A DNA stretch of 64,000 bases from Candidatus Kapaibacterium sp. (GTDB lineage Bacteria; Bacteroidota; Ignavibacteria; Kapaibacteriales; UBA2268): the NCBI GenBank assembly GCA_963665665.1, contig OY762428.1, forward strand, positions 832,001 through 896,000, given 5' to 3'. The notes below the pieces were generated by a model. It had not been told where the DNA came from. It was given only the letters and a program-made list of their open reading frames with translations, and made no database searches. The translations under genes and the position numbers were made by a program. This document shows, one piece after another, positions 1-9,820 of the stretch; positions within the stretch are counted from its first letter, which is position 1, and every line of letters starts with the position of its first letter.

Positions 1-25
1 TTACAACAAGTGTTTAGGTTTTATT

Positions 26-490
26 ATGATGCTCCTGCTTTTCAATATCGAGAATGATTTCTACGGAATTGATTTTAAATTCGTTTCCGAAATAATTCCA
101 TTGGTAAATTGCGAAAAACTTCCCGGCGCTCCTGATTTCGTTACAGGTGTAATTAATATTCGCGGAAGGATAATCCCCATAATCGACCTCTCGAAATTAC
201 TTTGCGATAAGCCTTCAAGAAAAATGCTGAGTACAAGAATCATCATTATAGACAATCAGAGTTCCGGTAAGTTTTCTTCAATAGGCCTTATCGCTGAAAA
301 AGTTACAGAAGCTATTACCTGTGATTCGAATGATTTTCAGGAAACAGACATAGGTCTGGGCGAAAACTGGAAAATTCTGGTCTATATGGGGAAGACTATC
401 AGGCTGTTTGAACCCGGATCAATTTTATTGAAAAGAATTTCAGGACAAAGTGAATCCAATAAGCTCCCGGGCGGGAATAAAATTGATTAG
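26..490 (+). CDS. wspB: CheW-like coupling protein (WspB-like)
   Basis: CheW motifs (EIIPLV..LPGAPDFVTGVINIRGRIIPIIDL, LSTRIIII, GLIAEKVTE); first position of a wspB-C-D-E-F-R gene order. Confidence 0.8.
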   Translation: MMLLLFNIENDFYGIDFKFVSEIIPLVNCEKLPGAPDFVTGVINIRGRIIPIIDLSKLLCDKPSRKMLSTRIIIIDNQSSGKFSSIGLIAEKVTEAITCDSNDFQETDIGLGENWKILVYMGKTIRLFEPGSILLKRISGQSESNKLPGGNKID

Positions 491-1757
491 CATTGAAAAA
501 ATACTTGAGCAAAGAACCGGACTTTCAGCATCAATTATCGGTGAAAGAAATTTTGATTCCGCCATCAGCCGGATATTAAAAAAATATTCATTGTCCGGAA
601 TTGAAGAGCTTGCCGATAAACTAAGGTACAGAGAAGAAATATTTGACTCTTTTATTGAAGAAATCACTATACCCGAAACATGGCTTTTCAGAGACAAGAA
701 TGTATATGAATATCTGCCGGGCCTCGTGTGGAAAATATTAAATAAAAATAATCCTGATTACAAAATAAATATTTTATCAGCGCCATGCTCTACCGGTGAA
801 GAGGCCTATTCTATAGCAATTTCACTGCTGAATTCCGGATTTAAAGGCCTTTTTAAAATCAAGGCCCTTGATATAAATAAAAAATCAATTGATTTTGCAG
901 GGAAGGGAATTTATACAAAAAACTCTTTAAGGGACACAAATCTGAATGTGAATTATCTAAATTATCTTGCTATTGACGATAAACACGTCAGGGTAAAACC
1001 TGAATTGAAAGAACATATTGAATTTAGCTTTGGAAATTTGATTGATGAAAACTGCATTGAAGAAAAAGAAAAATTCGATATAATTTTTTCCAGAAACCTG
1101 CTTATTTATTTTGATAAAGAATCAAGAGAAAGATATTTAAAAGTTTTAAGAAGACACTTCAATGATAATGGTGTTCTGTTCTGCGGACATAGCGAGAAAT
1201 CATGGTTCATAAGCAAAGGATTTGACAATATTGATGAAGATGGTGTGTTTGCCTGTAAATATTTACGTGAAAAACATGATATCAGGCAGCAAATGAAAGC
1301 CGCAAGAAAAATTAAAAGCAACCACACCCCGCAAAAAAAACTTACCGGTTCAGAAAAACGAACAAGGCAAAAGTATATTGAAAAATCCAGACATATAATA
1401 AACAAACCGAAACCGGTGAAAGCAGAGAAAAGCGCTGAGGATGAACCGCTGAACAAAGCTATGTATCTTGCTAATCAGGGAGAAACATTAAAAGCTGAAA
1501 AAATATGCCTGGATATAATCAGTGAAAACAAGGTTGAATATCAAGCATATTATATTCTTGGACTTATAAAAGAATCAATTAATGATATTATTGAAGCAGA
1601 AGTCTTTTTCAACAAAGTGCTTTATTTGAACCCTTCTCACCATGAATCGCTGGTACACCTGAGCCTGATTCATAATAAACTGGGTAATAACGATCTTTCT
1701 GACAGATATAAATTAAGAGCTGAAAAGGTATTTTTTAAACGAGAGGACTTAAAGTGA
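450..1757 (+). CDS. wspC: CheR-type methyltransferase with C-terminal TPR (WspC-like); true start may be TTG at 483
   Basis: ETWLFRD, SAPCSTGEEAYS, FDIIFSRNLLIYFD motifs plus TPR (AYYILGLI..FNKVLYLNPSHHESLVHLSL). Confidence 0.85.
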   Translation: MNPISSRAGIKLISIEKILEQRTGLSASIIGERNFDSAISRILKKYSLSGIEELADKLRYREEIFDSFIEEITIPETWLFRDKNVYEYLPGLVWKILNKNNPDYKINILSAPCSTGEEAYSIAISLLNSGFKGLFKIKALDINKKSIDFAGKGIYTKNSLRDTNLNVNYLNYLAIDDKHVRVKPELKEHIEFSFGNLIDENCIEEKEKFDIIFSRNLLIYFDKESRERYLKVLRRHFNDNGVLFCGHSEKSWFISKGFDNIDEDGVFACKYLREKHDIRQQMKAARKIKSNHTPQKKLTGSEKRTRQKYIEKSRHIINKPKPVKAEKSAEDEPLNKAMYLANQGETLKAEKICLDIISENKVEYQAYYILGLIKESINDIIEAEVFFNKVLYLNPSHHESLVHLSLIHNKLGNNDLSDRYKLRAEKVFFKREDLK

Positions 1758-2686
1758 CGGACAAAAATGAACAAAATGAAAAATTTATGCGCTTACTCAC
1801 CCAAAACACTTCGAAAATTTGTGAGGGGGATTATAGTGTTTCCAAAGAAATTGAAAAATTTACCAACGAAAATGAATATCCCGAAACAATAGCCCATCTT
1901 GCAGAATCATTCAGCATGATGGCAGTTAAGCTTGAAGCCCGGGAATACAACCTGGAACTTAATCTTGAAGAGCTTAAAGGTAAAAACCAGAAATTACACG
2001 AGGAAAGCCGTACCCGGTCGGATTTTGGATATCTTGCAATTGCTGTTATTGTTCTTCTCAGCCTTTATTCAATTATTCTTATATCAATGCATTCTTTGCT
2101 TCCATTCGAAATTTCACCATCAACAGGACATGTGATTTCACTCGTTTTACAGGTGATTTTCATTGTGATCGTTATCGCAGGATTGAAACGAATGAAGATG
2201 CCGCTCAGGGAATTCGGGCTGAATTTTAATAATATAAAATTGGCTTTGGGGCAATCAATAGGGTTTTCGGCAATAATTATGATAATAACACTTGGAATCA
2301 AATATTATTTAGTGAATTATTCCAATGTGTTCGAACCCGGAGAGCCACTATTAAATTTCACTCATATTGATTCTGTATTCTATACTTACCTTATAATAGC
2401 CCCTATGCAGGAATTCCTTGCACGCGGAGTAATTCAAACTACTCTTGTAAGGGGGTTTTCCGGAGCGTACAATATTTTCTGGGCAATACTGCTTACATCA
2501 ATGATACACGGGAATTTTCATATACACGAATCTGTTTCCCTTGGTATAATTTCTATTCTTATGGGAATTGCGTGGGGATATATGTTTTACCGTCATAAAA
2601 CAATTATCGGAGTCAGTATTTCTCATTTCTTATTGGGAAATTGGGTTGTTGTTCTTGGATTGTGGGATTTTATTTTAAATTATTAG
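1754..2686 (+). CDS. CPBP (CAAX protease/Abi-like) membrane protein with N-terminal HAMP-like/coiled-coil segment
   Basis: Multiple TM helices; PMQEFLARG, HGNFH, SHFLLGN motifs; N-terminus KICEGDYS...IAHLAESFSMMAVKLEARE; 4-bp overlap with wspC stop. Confidence 0.7.
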   Translation: MTDKNEQNEKFMRLLTQNTSKICEGDYSVSKEIEKFTNENEYPETIAHLAESFSMMAVKLEAREYNLELNLEELKGKNQKLHEESRTRSDFGYLAIAVIVLLSLYSIILISMHSLLPFEISPSTGHVISLVLQVIFIVIVIAGLKRMKMPLREFGLNFNNIKLALGQSIGFSAIIMIITLGIKYYLVNYSNVFEPGEPLLNFTHIDSVFYTYLIIAPMQEFLARGVIQTTLVRGFSGAYNIFWAILLTSMIHGNFHIHESVSLGIISILMGIAWGYMFYRHKTIIGVSISHFLLGNWVVVLGLWDFILNY

Positions 2687-2696
2687 ATAAAAAATT

Positions 2697-3338
2697 ATGA
2701 AAAAATGCTGGAATGATATAGGAGTTTTCGGGCTTGCAATCTGTGATGATCTGAATATCTACGGCCACTGCAGGCACTGCCCGAAATATTCCGAAGGTGG
2801 CAGAAGCCTGCTGGACAGGGAAATTCCCGGTGGGTTAATCGATGAATGGACCGAGAAACTTACAAAAGGAAAAAAGGAACTTGCCGATTCTTACCAGTCA
2901 CTTGTTGTATTCAAAATCAACGGTGAATTACTTGCAATGCCTTCTTCAGGTTTCCAGGAAATCATATCTGTCCGGCAGGTTCATACGGTTCCTTTTCGAT
3001 CGGATAAAGTATTTCGCGGGCTTGTTAACGTGAACGGAGAGTTGCTGCTGTGCATAAATTCTGCCGGATTTTTCGGGTTTAATAATATTCCTGAGGAAAA
3101 AAATCCTAACCCGGTAATGGCCGTATTGAAAAACGATCAGGAAAGATATGTATTCGAAGTTGATTCAATAGTGGGGGTTGTACAGATTTACCCGGCATCT
3201 ATAACCAATGCTCCGTCCACGGTAGGAAAATCTCCAAAAGCATTTACCCGCGGGATTTTTAAGCTAAAGGAAAATGATGTCGGGATAATTGATGAAGTGA
3301 AATTGTTTTCAGAACTTGATAATAGAATAACTTGGTAA
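2697..3338 (+). CDS. wspD: CheW-like protein with Cys-rich N-terminus (WspD-like)
   Basis: CWNDIGVFG...C..L...HCRHCPKYS...LLDR is the characteristic WspD N-terminus; CheW core GLVNVNGELLLC. Confidence 0.88.
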   Translation: MKKCWNDIGVFGLAICDDLNIYGHCRHCPKYSEGGRSLLDREIPGGLIDEWTEKLTKGKKELADSYQSLVVFKINGELLAMPSSGFQEIISVRQVHTVPFRSDKVFRGLVNVNGELLLCINSAGFFGFNNIPEEKNPNPVMAVLKNDQERYVFEVDSIVGVVQIYPASITNAPSTVGKSPKAFTRGIFKLKENDVGIIDEVKLFSELDNRITW

Positions 3339-3347
3339 ATTAGCGGA

Positions 3348-6300
3348 TTGGTTATGGATATTTCATTATTGGAACTATTTAAAAATGAGCTTGAATTAAA
3401 TTCAAGAATTCTCGAAGACGGCCTTGTAGCTATTGAAGGAAATCAATCCTCGAAAGAGGTTGAACCGCTAATGAGGGCAGCCCATTCAATAAAAGGTGCT
3501 GCAAAAATTATCGGCCTTGAATCTTTGGTAGGGCTTTCGCATTCAATGGAAGACAAGCTTGTAAAAGTAATGAACGGGAACTCTGTTCTTTCCCCGGCAG
3601 AAATAGAGTTACTATTAAAAGCAAATGATATATTTATTACCCTTGCTGAACATCCGGCGGAAGAAATTGAAGATATTACAGGATCTCAGTCTGATACAAT
3701 TTCAGATATTCAAAATAATATATTGAAATCCGACACCCTGCCTGAAAAAAAAGAAACAACGGAAATAGAAAAAACCGAAGTTGTAAGCCAAACTATTGAA
3801 GCAGATGATGAGACTGAAAATTTCAGTCACGATATTGACCCCACTCTACTTGAATTATTTAAAACTGAAATTGAAACCAATAGTGAAGTGCTCGAAAACG
3901 GGCTTGTTGATGTTGAAAGCGACAAATCTCCTGAAGCTGTGGAACCGCTAATGAGAGCAGCTCATTCAATAAAAGGCGCTGCAAGAATCATCGGGATAGA
4001 CAGTGCGGTGCAGCTTGCTCACGCTATGGAAGATATGCTGTCGGCTGCCCAAAAGGGACAATACAATATCAGTGCTGATGATATCGACCTGTTGCTGAAA
4101 TCAAATGATTTTATTAAATCAGCCTCGGAATTGCCTGTAGATTCAATACCGGGATATTTTAACTCGCAGGCATCGAAGATGTCTGTAACAGCTGACGAGC
4201 TGAGACATAGCCTGAAGAATCCGGTTGTTGTAGATAAATCAAAAAAATCAGAAGAAAGCCCGGCTTCTGCCCCGGCGGATTCAACAAATAATCCCCAGCC
4301 AAAGCCCGGGCCCGTTAATGATACTTCCCTGCTTGACCTGTTTAAAATTGAAGTGGAAAATAATTCTCAGGTTCTTGAAGACGGCCTTGTTGATGTGGAA
4401 AACAATCAGCTGTCGGAAACCATTGAACCATTAATGAGAGCTGCGCACTCGTTAAAAGGTGCAGCAAGAATAGTTGGTCTGGATAATGCCGTTACACTGG
4501 CGCACGCCATGGAGGATATGCTTTCTGCTGCACAGAAAGGCGAATACCTGCTTTCATCTGATGATATTGAAGTATTGCTTAAATCCAACGACATGATAAA
4601 AGGTTCGCTGGAAACCCAGACTTCAGAATTGCCAATATACTTCTGGAACAAATATTCCGAAGTAATCAATTTAAAAGAAGAATTGAAATTTCAGCCTGGT
4701 GTGGAAAAAAAGATACCTGCACCGAAAAAAAACAAAACTGTCCGGAATGAAGAATCACTGACAGAAAAGAAACCTGTTTCTCCCGAAAAAATTCAGGAAA
4801 CAGAAATTGTTGAAAAATCCCCTGCAATAGAAAAAAAGAAAGAAATTCATGCAGATCAGTTTGTAAGGGTATCTTCTGTAAATTTGAATAAACTTATGGG
4901 CCTTGCAGGTGAATCCTATGTTCAGACAAAATCATACAAGCCTTTGGCTGATAATTTATATGCCATAAAAGACCAGATTAATGAACTGAATTGCCTGAGG
5001 GAAGAAATATTTGAAAAATTAGTTATTGAAGACCTTCCCGAGGAAATCATTTCGAAATTTAGTGATTCGGAAAAACTGATTGAAAGGATAAGAACAAATA
5101 TTACCAATCAGATAAATAATTTTGAAATATTTTCCCGTAAACTTGATAATATTTCAGGGAAGCTATACTCCGAAGCAATTGAAACCCGTATGAGGCCGTT
5201 TATCGAAGGCACCCACGGATTCCCCAGAATGGTCAGGGATATCGCCCGTAAACTTGGGAAAAAAGTAAAATTTGACATTACAGGCGAACAAACAAGGGTG
5301 GACAGAGACATTTTGGAGAAAATTGAGTCTCCGTTGAATCATTTACTTAGAAATTCTGTTGATCATGGTATAGAAATGCCCGAGGACAGATTAAACAAGG
5401 GAAAGGATGAGGAAGGAACCCTGACACTGAAAGCACAACATCGCTCAGGAATGCTTATAGTAACTGTTCAGGACGATGGTAAAGGAATTGACCCGGAGAT
5501 GATCAGAAAGAAAGTAGTTGAAAAAGGATACAATTCCAGGGAAATGGCAGCACAGCTGAGCAATTCAGAATTAATGGAATTTCTTTTCCTGCCCGGTTTT
5601 TCCACTGCCGGCAAGGTTACCGAAATATCCGGACGCGGCGTTGGCCTTGATGTAGTATTTTCTATGGTCAACGAGGTTGGAGGTACTGTCCGGGCAGATT
5701 CTGAACCAGGATTCGGCACTAGTTTTATTCTTGAACTTCCATTGACACTTTCTGTTGTCAGATCGCTGATAGTTTCTCTGAACAATGAAATTTATTCGCT
5801 CCCGCTAACCAGAATTGACAATATTTTAAGGGTAAATTCTAACTTGATAAAAACTGTCGAGGACAGGCAGTTCTGCGAGTTCAACGGCGAGAATATCGGC
5901 ATTATAAAGGCTGCCCAGGTATTGAATACAAAGGAATCGATTGAAAAAGATGATTATTTTCATATTGCAGTGATAAGCGACAGGCTGAACCGATACGGGC
6001 TTAATTTCGATAAATTTCTCGGAGAACGGGATCTTGTGGTAATACCGCTTAATCCGAGATTGGGGAAAATACCCAATATCAGCGCCGGAGCTATCATGGA
6101 AGACGGTACGCCTTTGCTAATTCTTGATGTGGATGACCTTGTTCGTTCAATAGATAAGATTCTTGGCAGCGACAGTATAAATAAACTTGAATCAAAAGAT
6201 GATCAGCAATTGATATCGAAAAAGATACTCGTTGTTGATGATTCAATAACTGTAAGGGAAGTTGAAAGAAGGCTGCTGGAAAATCATGGCTATCATGTAA

Positions 6301-6587
6301 CGGTGGCTGTTGATGGTATGGACGGATGGAACACAGTTCAGAGAATGAAATTCGATCTGGTTATATCTGATATTGATATGCCCAGGATGAACGGAATAGA
6401 ATTTGTAACAAAAATTAAAAACGACCCAAATAAAAAAAATGTACCTGTTATGATAGTTTCATACAAGGACAGGGAAGAAGATAAGATAGCCGGGCTTGAG
6501 GCAGGGGCAAATTATTATTTTACAAAAAGCAGTTTTCATGATGAAACCCTTATAAACGCTGTAAAAGAATTAATTGGAGATGCGTAA
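3348..6587 (+). CDS. wspE: Hybrid CheA-REC histidine kinase (WspE-like) with three Hpt domains
   Basis: Three LMRAAHS(I/L)KGAA Hpt motifs; HLLRNSVDHG, DDGKGI, SGRGVGLDVV ATPase boxes; CheW domain; C-terminal REC (VVDDS, SDIDMP). Confidence 0.9.
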   Translation: MVMDISLLELFKNELELNSRILEDGLVAIEGNQSSKEVEPLMRAAHSIKGAAKIIGLESLVGLSHSMEDKLVKVMNGNSVLSPAEIELLLKANDIFITLAEHPAEEIEDITGSQSDTISDIQNNILKSDTLPEKKETTEIEKTEVVSQTIEADDETENFSHDIDPTLLELFKTEIETNSEVLENGLVDVESDKSPEAVEPLMRAAHSIKGAARIIGIDSAVQLAHAMEDMLSAAQKGQYNISADDIDLLLKSNDFIKSASELPVDSIPGYFNSQASKMSVTADELRHSLKNPVVVDKSKKSEESPASAPADSTNNPQPKPGPVNDTSLLDLFKIEVENNSQVLEDGLVDVENNQLSETIEPLMRAAHSLKGAARIVGLDNAVTLAHAMEDMLSAAQKGEYLLSSDDIEVLLKSNDMIKGSLETQTSELPIYFWNKYSEVINLKEELKFQPGVEKKIPAPKKNKTVRNEESLTEKKPVSPEKIQETEIVEKSPAIEKKKEIHADQFVRVSSVNLNKLMGLAGESYVQTKSYKPLADNLYAIKDQINELNCLREEIFEKLVIEDLPEEIISKFSDSEKLIERIRTNITNQINNFEIFSRKLDNISGKLYSEAIETRMRPFIEGTHGFPRMVRDIARKLGKKVKFDITGEQTRVDRDILEKIESPLNHLLRNSVDHGIEMPEDRLNKGKDEEGTLTLKAQHRSGMLIVTVQDDGKGIDPEMIRKKVVEKGYNSREMAAQLSNSELMEFLFLPGFSTAGKVTEISGRGVGLDVVFSMVNEVGGTVRADSEPGFGTSFILELPLTLSVVRSLIVSLNNEIYSLPLTRIDNILRVNSNLIKTVEDRQFCEFNGENIGIIKAAQVLNTKESIEKDDYFHIAVISDRLNRYGLNFDKFLGERDLVVIPLNPRLGKIPNISAGAIMEDGTPLLILDVDDLVRSIDKILGSDSINKLESKDDQQLISKKILVVDDSITVREVERRLLENHGYHVTVAVDGMDGWNTVQRMKFDLVISDIDMPRMNGIEFVTKIKNDPNKKNVPVMIVSYKDREEDKIAGLEAGANYYFTKSSFHDETLINAVKELIGDA

Positions 6588-6665
6588 TTTTGATTGTATT
6601 TTTGTTGTTGTATTATGGTGTAAATTAAAGTATTTGTTTTTATTAAGAATATTCTGGATAGGAAA

Positions 6666-6860
6666 ATGACCACAAAGTTTAAATTTTTGGCCGAAGAAAT
6701 GGATGAAAATTTTGTAATGGCAATAAAAAAGAATTATCCCGGCAAGGAAATTGAAATTGAAGTTAACGATGAAAAAAATGGAATCTATAGTGCTGACCAA
6801 CTCAAAAATAATATTTTGAAGGTTGTCAGGAATATTCAAGAGAAAATTAGCAAAAACTAA
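6666..6860 (+). CDS. Small hypothetical protein, possibly antitoxin-like
   Basis: 64-aa ORF with RBS (AGGA) between wspE and wspF; KEIEIEV pattern resembles small FCB antitoxin-like proteins (recollection). Confidence 0.45.
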   Translation: MTTKFKFLAEEMDENFVMAIKKNYPGKEIEIEVNDEKNGIYSADQLKNNILKVVRNIQEKISKN

Positions 6861-6871
6861 ATTAGAAGTTA

Positions 6872-7882
6872 ATGAAAATAGCAATAGTAAATGATCTTCG
6901 GCTTGCTGTAGAAGCCCTTAGGAGAGTTGTGGTTTCGATTCCCGGCTACGAAGTTTCATGGATTGCATATAATGGCCGCGAAGCAGTAGAAAAATGCAGG
7001 AAAGAAGTACCTGACCTTATACTGATGGACCTGATTATGCCCGGGATGGACGGCGTTGAAGCAACCTGCAGGATTATGCGGGAAACCCCCTGTGCTATAT
7101 TGATTGTTACGGCAACGGTAAGCGGGAATTCTTCGAAAGTATTTGAAGCTATGGGCTGCGGAGCTCTTGATGCCGTATGTACACCGGTTTTTGATAATGC
7201 CGGCAATCTTGAAGGTGCCAGGGACCTGGTTAAGAAAATTGATACTATTGCACGCCTGATAGGAAAAGATCATGCCGTAAATAGTAATTCTAATATCAGA
7301 ACCGATCCGGTTGAAATTGCCAGGGAAACAAAGCTGGTTGCTATTGCTTCTTCCACCGGCGGGCCCAAAGCTTTGTCTCAGGTATTAATTCCGCTGCCTG
7401 CAAATATTAACACCTCGATAATTATAGTGCAGCATGTTGATTTTCAGTTTGCCGGCGGGCTGGCCGAATGGCTTGATCAACAAACAAAATTGAAAGTTAA
7501 GGTGATAAGGGAAGGATCTCGGCCCGAACCTGATACTGTACTTGTAGCTGAAACAAACGACCATCTTGTTCTGGATAGCGACGGTAGTTTCTACTACACA
7601 CCAGAACCTATTGACTATCCATACAGGCCTTCTGCAAATACTTTTTTCAGAAGCCTTGCCAGGAACTATCCCGGAAAGGGCCTTGCTATGGTGCTGACAG
7701 GTATGGGCAATGACGGTGCAAGCGGTTTGCTTGAACTTAGAAACAAAGGCTGGGAAACAATTGCACAGGATGAAGCAAGCTCGGTGGTTTACGGAATGCC
7801 GAGAGCAGCTATGGATAACGGAGCTGCGAGAAGGGCCGTTAATATCAAAGATATACACAAAGAAATTTTAAGATATATTTAA
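6872..7882 (+). CDS. wspF: CheB methylesterase with REC domain (WspF-like)
   Basis: REC N-terminus (MKIAIVND, LMDLIMP); catalytic STGGP, VQH, LTGMGNDG. Confidence 0.92.
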   Translation: MKIAIVNDLRLAVEALRRVVVSIPGYEVSWIAYNGREAVEKCRKEVPDLILMDLIMPGMDGVEATCRIMRETPCAILIVTATVSGNSSKVFEAMGCGALDAVCTPVFDNAGNLEGARDLVKKIDTIARLIGKDHAVNSNSNIRTDPVEIARETKLVAIASSTGGPKALSQVLIPLPANINTSIIIVQHVDFQFAGGLAEWLDQQTKLKVKVIREGSRPEPDTVLVAETNDHLVLDSDGSFYYTPEPIDYPYRPSANTFFRSLARNYPGKGLAMVLTGMGNDGASGLLELRNKGWETIAQDEASSVVYGMPRAAMDNGAARRAVNIKDIHKEILRYI

Positions 7883-7900
7883 TAATTCAGGAAGCTGACT

Positions 7901-9094
7901 ATGACAGAGAACCCGTCTCAGAAAGTTGAACTTGCTAACTATAAAATTAAAGTGTTTTTAGTTGACGACCAGAAAATAGTCGGTGAAACTGTACGCCGAA
8001 TGTTAGAGGCAGAAAGCGATATTGAATTTCATTTTTGTGAAGATCCCACAAAAGCTATTACTACTGCTGCTGAGATAATGCCGACAGTTATACTTCAGGA
8101 CCTTGTTATGCCGGATATTGAAGGTATGACCCTGGTGAAATTCTATCGCGCGCACAAGCAGCTTAAAGACGTTCCTATCATTGTTCTTTCTTCTAAAGAG
8201 GAAGCAATTACAAAAGCTGATGCTTTTGCTGCCGGAGCTAATGATTACTTAGTGAAACTTCCGGATAAAATTGAACTTATTGCCAGAATAAGATATCATT
8301 CCAAAGGTTATATTAACCTGCTGGAAAGAAACGATGCCTATGATGCCCTGGTAAAAAGCCAGAAAGAACTTGCCGCTGAACTTGCAAAAGCCGGTGAATA
8401 CTGTATTTCACTACTGCCAAAAACTATGGAAGACGAAAATGTGAAAACAGACTGGCGGTTTATTCCATCGGAACAACTTGGTGGTGACTCATTCGGTTAT
8501 CACTGGATTGACGAAGACCATTTTGCAATGTATCTTCTTGACGTCTGCGGGCATGGTGTCGGTTCTGCTTTGCTGTCGGTTACAGCACTTCACGCCCTGC
8601 GCTCACAAACCCTTCCGAACGTGGACTTTAAAAATCCCGACGAAGTGGTTTCGGCCATGAACGAAGCTTTCCAGATGTCCGACCACAATGACTTGTATTT
8701 TACTATGTGGTACGGAGTATTCAACAGGCAGACACGCGAGATCAGCTATATAAGCGCAGGCCATCCGCCGTCCTTATTGATTAATTCAAATGGTGATGTC
8801 CAACAGCTTATGAATGATAATTTCATTGTAGGAGGCATGCCGGGGTTTCCCTTTAAATCAACAAAAGCTGTTGTGGATGAAAATTCAAAGCTGTTTATCT
8901 ATTCCGACGGCGTTTATGAAATTGAATTTGATGACGGCAAAATGTGGGAGATGGATGATTATATTGATTTCATGAAAGATAAAGCCGGAAACAGCGAAAC
9001 AGAAATTGATACTCTCCACGAGTACGTAATGAAAATGAATGGTGAAGAAATTCTGGATGATGATTTCTCTATGCTGAAAGTAATATTAAAATAA
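7901..9094 (+). CDS. WspR-like response regulator fused to a PP2C/SpoIIE phosphatase
   Basis: REC and stalk match the WspR pattern (LQDLVMP, AFAAGANDYLVKLPD.IELIARIRYHS); C-terminus has SpoIIE motifs GGDSF, DVCGHG, SAGHP, YSDGV, DDFS and no GGDEF. Confidence 0.88.
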   Translation: MTENPSQKVELANYKIKVFLVDDQKIVGETVRRMLEAESDIEFHFCEDPTKAITTAAEIMPTVILQDLVMPDIEGMTLVKFYRAHKQLKDVPIIVLSSKEEAITKADAFAAGANDYLVKLPDKIELIARIRYHSKGYINLLERNDAYDALVKSQKELAAELAKAGEYCISLLPKTMEDENVKTDWRFIPSEQLGGDSFGYHWIDEDHFAMYLLDVCGHGVGSALLSVTALHALRSQTLPNVDFKNPDEVVSAMNEAFQMSDHNDLYFTMWYGVFNRQTREISYISAGHPPSLLINSNGDVQQLMNDNFIVGGMPGFPFKSTKAVVDENSKLFIYSDGVYEIEFDDGKMWEMDDYIDFMKDKAGNSETEIDTLHEYVMKMNGEEILDDDFSMLKVILK

Positions 9095-9174
9095 ATTTGT
9101 TAATTGGCGGAAATTTCTTATAATTTAATAGATACTCTAAAAAGCGAAACTTATCAATCAACCTGGGGAAACTC

Positions 9175-9705
9175 ATGATTAACTATCAAAGTATTGACGA
9201 CCTTGAAAGAGATGAACTTCTGGAATTATTGAAAATTTACGCTAAAAACTGGCTGGCGCACGATGGTTGCTGGTTCCTTTCCATAGAAGAAAAATATGGA
9301 ATGGATATGGCTATTGATATGGACAGGGAAGCCTGGAGAAAATTTACCGTGGTTGAAGCTAAACGAATTAAAAAATTCCTGCAGCTTGGCGATAATTCCG
9401 GACTTAAGGGCCTGGCAAGAGCTTTGGCGTTCAGGCTCTATGCCACCATAAACGAGGATAAAATCGAGATTATCGATGAAAATTCTTTCCGCTATTACGT
9501 TAAAACTTGCAGAGTACAGCAGGCACGACGCAAGAAAGGAATGCCCGACTTCCCATGCAAATCTGTTGGTATTGTTGAATACAGCTATTTTGCGAAAACT
9601 ATTGACGACAGGATCGAAACAAAATGTATGTCCTGCCCACCGGAAATTGCCGACCCCGATTACTATTGTATTTGGGAATTCACGCTTAACAGCCGGCAGG
9701 ATTAA
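9175..9705 (+). CDS. DUF6125-like hypothetical protein (possible metal/ligand binding)
   Basis: KNWLAHDGCWF...EAKR...CRVQQAR...PCK...C..CPP...CIWEF pattern. Confidence 0.65.
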   Translation: MINYQSIDDLERDELLELLKIYAKNWLAHDGCWFLSIEEKYGMDMAIDMDREAWRKFTVVEAKRIKKFLQLGDNSGLKGLARALAFRLYATINEDKIEIIDENSFRYYVKTCRVQQARRKKGMPDFPCKSVGIVEYSYFAKTIDDRIETKCMSCPPEIADPDYYCIWEFTLNSRQD

Positions 9706-9783
9706 CAGGGCAAACTGAATTCACAAGTAAGGAAGTATTTTAATCCTGTAAATATCCGACAGCTTTCATACACTTTTTTTACT

Positions 9784-9820
9784 ATCTCCCCTCCCTTGTC
9801 AGGACGGGGAGATTTCTTTT
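9784..9820 (+). terminator. Intrinsic terminator downstream of the Wsp region
   Basis: ATCTCCCC...GGGGAGAT stem followed by TTCTTTTT. Confidence 0.55.

Noticed and set aside
1-17. End of an upstream wspA MCP gene
   Set aside because: Only a few codons and a TAG are visible; cannot be identified
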